Shown here one piece after another: positions 61,601 through 64,000 of a stretch of 64,000 bases of DNA (positions within the stretch are counted from its first letter, which is position 1; every line of letters starts with the position of its first letter). This DNA is from Saccostrea cucullata (lineage: Eukaryota), in NCBI RefSeq assembly GCF_032062105.1, contig NW_026938616.1, forward strand, positions 1-64,000, given 5' to 3'. The position numbers and the translations under genes were made by a program. The notes below the pieces were generated by a model. That model was not told the origin of the DNA. It made no database searches and worked only from the letters and a program-made list of their open reading frames with translations.

Positions 61601-64000
61601 ATGAAAACAATACCAAGTAAATGTACCTAATATCTTTGACTTCTAGTACAATAAAATATTTAAAGGTCTGTCACATAGATCAAAATGTACAAATTTAAGG
61701 TTCCCACTGCTGATAATAAGAACCATGAGTAAAATCCCTGTCCTGTCAGTGAATAGTGTGTGTGTTAATGAAGGACCACATGAGATGAACCTCATCATTT
61801 CACATTGAATCGTAATAACTTCTATTATTCCTTCCACCTAATTACCTAGGATTTCATCTTCACCACCTTGATGTACCATTATTACAATTCACCGAACCAG
61901 AAAAGAAGTCAGCCATAGAAATTCCTGAAAGCTGTCAATTCAAATTACGACCACTAGAAAAATCAGCCCTTATATGATACTACATAAAGCTGCCAGCAAG
62001 AAAAATAAGAAAAGGAAAAAAACTCATGTCAATAAGACATCTCAAGACAGCTATTCTGAAATATGAGAGGCAAAGTTCACAGCAACAAAATGATCTTATT
62101 TATTAGAATGACACAACCAGGTTATATTTGGGTAATTTGGGAATACAGCTTTTATTATATCCCTAAATAAAAGATAGTGATGGCAAGCACACAAAAGCTG
62201 TCAATCAAAATTTCACAGCAGATTAAATCTAGCTATTGCAGCATGTAATTTCAACACACAGAGTGGAGAAAAAATGTCATTCATACAATTACAGAAACAG
62301 GATTTTCAAAGATGTTTATCAATGGAAATTTTATAAAAGTCAAAATTAAAACATTTCATGGACTTCTTTTTAAATTAATATTATATATATATTTTTAAAT
62401 TCTAAAATCAACTTTTCACATAATTATATATCATATAAAAATTAAATGCAAATCAAATCCTACACACAAGTTCCTGACAATTAACATTGCTTTGGCATTC
62501 TAACAGGAGGAATCAAATCTTTGTTAATTACCTCCCCTTGCAGACTCAGTTCAAAACAAGAAAATGGGAAATATTGTAACTTGGGTGGTTGGTAAAAATG
62601 GGACAAAGAGAGGCAGAAACAGCAAACAAAGGACATGGAAATGAAACCAGGTCCTTACATTGGCAATCTTGTTTCACCTGGATCATTGAAATGCCTCTAT
62701 TACAAGCACCAAGTCCTCAGTCAAAAGACTCGCATTCCCATTTATCATGGCTGATGTCTCCTCCAGCATAATGCCAAATGCTTCATTGGATAAACAAGAA
62801 AAGGGCCACCCAAGATCACCAACATTAATTCTCCTAGAGGCTGCCCAACTGCACAATTAATAATAGCTTATCTTAATATTAGCAATATAAAGGACGATGC
62901 ACATTACTTATACCTCTTAAAGTCTGCACACAGCTGTCTAAAATCACATTTCTAACAAGTTTTAAATCATCATTTTTATATTTGAAAGCATTATATATGA
63001 AGCATTGGCCGTCTGGAGTCCCCTCTAATCATTTAGTTTTCATCAGGATGAATCCTTCATAGATCAAGTTATGTCCATTTTAGTTGATAATAGAAAAGGG
63101 TTTAAGGTTTTCAGTAAAAGTGACAAAGTTTTTAAATGACTAAGGGAAGTAGGCCTAACTTTTGTCAGCTAAGTCCTAAATAGACAAGTCAACTGGCCCT
63201 TTAGTTGTTGTTTTTATTTGGCGAGAACAAAGTGTTCATGCCTAATTCAGGAAAGATGTGTCGGTTCAAGGTTAATCAGATGTAATAATATTTGCTGTGA
63301 TAATTCCTTTGAGCTCAGTCTGACCACGTTAAACCTGTCAGACTGTTTCAGTCTACAATTGCCTGACTGCATGTTGTTTCAACAAATAAAGCCACTTTTC
63401 TTGTCAAAGGTTACATCAATATTATGCAGTCTATCACTTGTCCTTCAAATTTTTGCCATTGTTAAAAAAAAACAGTAGCATTAAGTTGCATAAAAACCTC
63501 ACACCAGACCAATACTGACTGGGCCGCCTCTACATGTCTGTTTTATCTAGCAGCCATCACTGGCATTTGGTCTGTGTAATGGCCAACTTTATCAGACCTT
63601 TATTACAGCTATGATTTGAATGCAGAAGAAAAAATTCTACCCACTGGTTATATTGGTAATCCAGAGAAGTTTTGGTAAACTTCACAGTCTAGATCATTGG
63701 CCGATTTGATGGGATTTTATATTTCCAATGATAGCTTTACTCCTCACATACACATTTTTATACCCCTCAAAAACAGACTCAAGATGATATCTCCCATTTG
63801 AACATTATACACATGGTAAACTTCCATAAACTTGATCCATTGCAAGCCTATCTGAGATTTATGATAAGTTATTTGACAGTAAATTGTTCAGTCTAGTATT
63901 CTATAATCAACACTTATTGTGTAAACAAAAATATAAAATTTTCTGTCACCTTTTTCTTAGTAGCAATACAAAAATCAAAATCATAATTTAAGTAAAACTT

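Overview
AT-rich, intron-containing animal genomic DNA. The repeat families look bivalve, probably oyster (inferred from repeat architecture, not from a search). It holds two minus-strand genes in tandem. (1) PTK7/off-track-like inactive receptor tyrosine kinase: 15 phase-consistent GT-AG coding exons from 42271 to the TAG stop at 13529 (about 982 aa) encode Ig domains 2-7, a TM helix, the juxtamembrane region and a pseudokinase domain. The canonical signal-peptide/Ig1 exons were not found and probably lie beyond 64000. (2) The 5' part of KATNAL2 (LisH N-terminus): ATG at 6645, running off the left end. Non-coding DNA carries many non-autonomous transposons: Helentron-associated HINE-like elements with internal tandem arrays; mariner-, Kolobok-, EnSpm/CACTA- and Harbinger-type MITEs; and a tRNA-containing solo LTR. 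Several are nested, with recoverable TSDs. Best leads: a candidate internal first exon giving a signal-peptide-bearing, Ig1-less PTK7; paired loss of both Ig4 cysteines; a 9-nt KATNAL2 microexon candidate; HINEs stacking into their own (AAT)n tail with uniform orientation; and dense TGACAG/TCF motifs in PTK7 introns. I found no prokaryote-type system, CRISPR array or autonomous transposase. All splice models are manual and lack transcript support.
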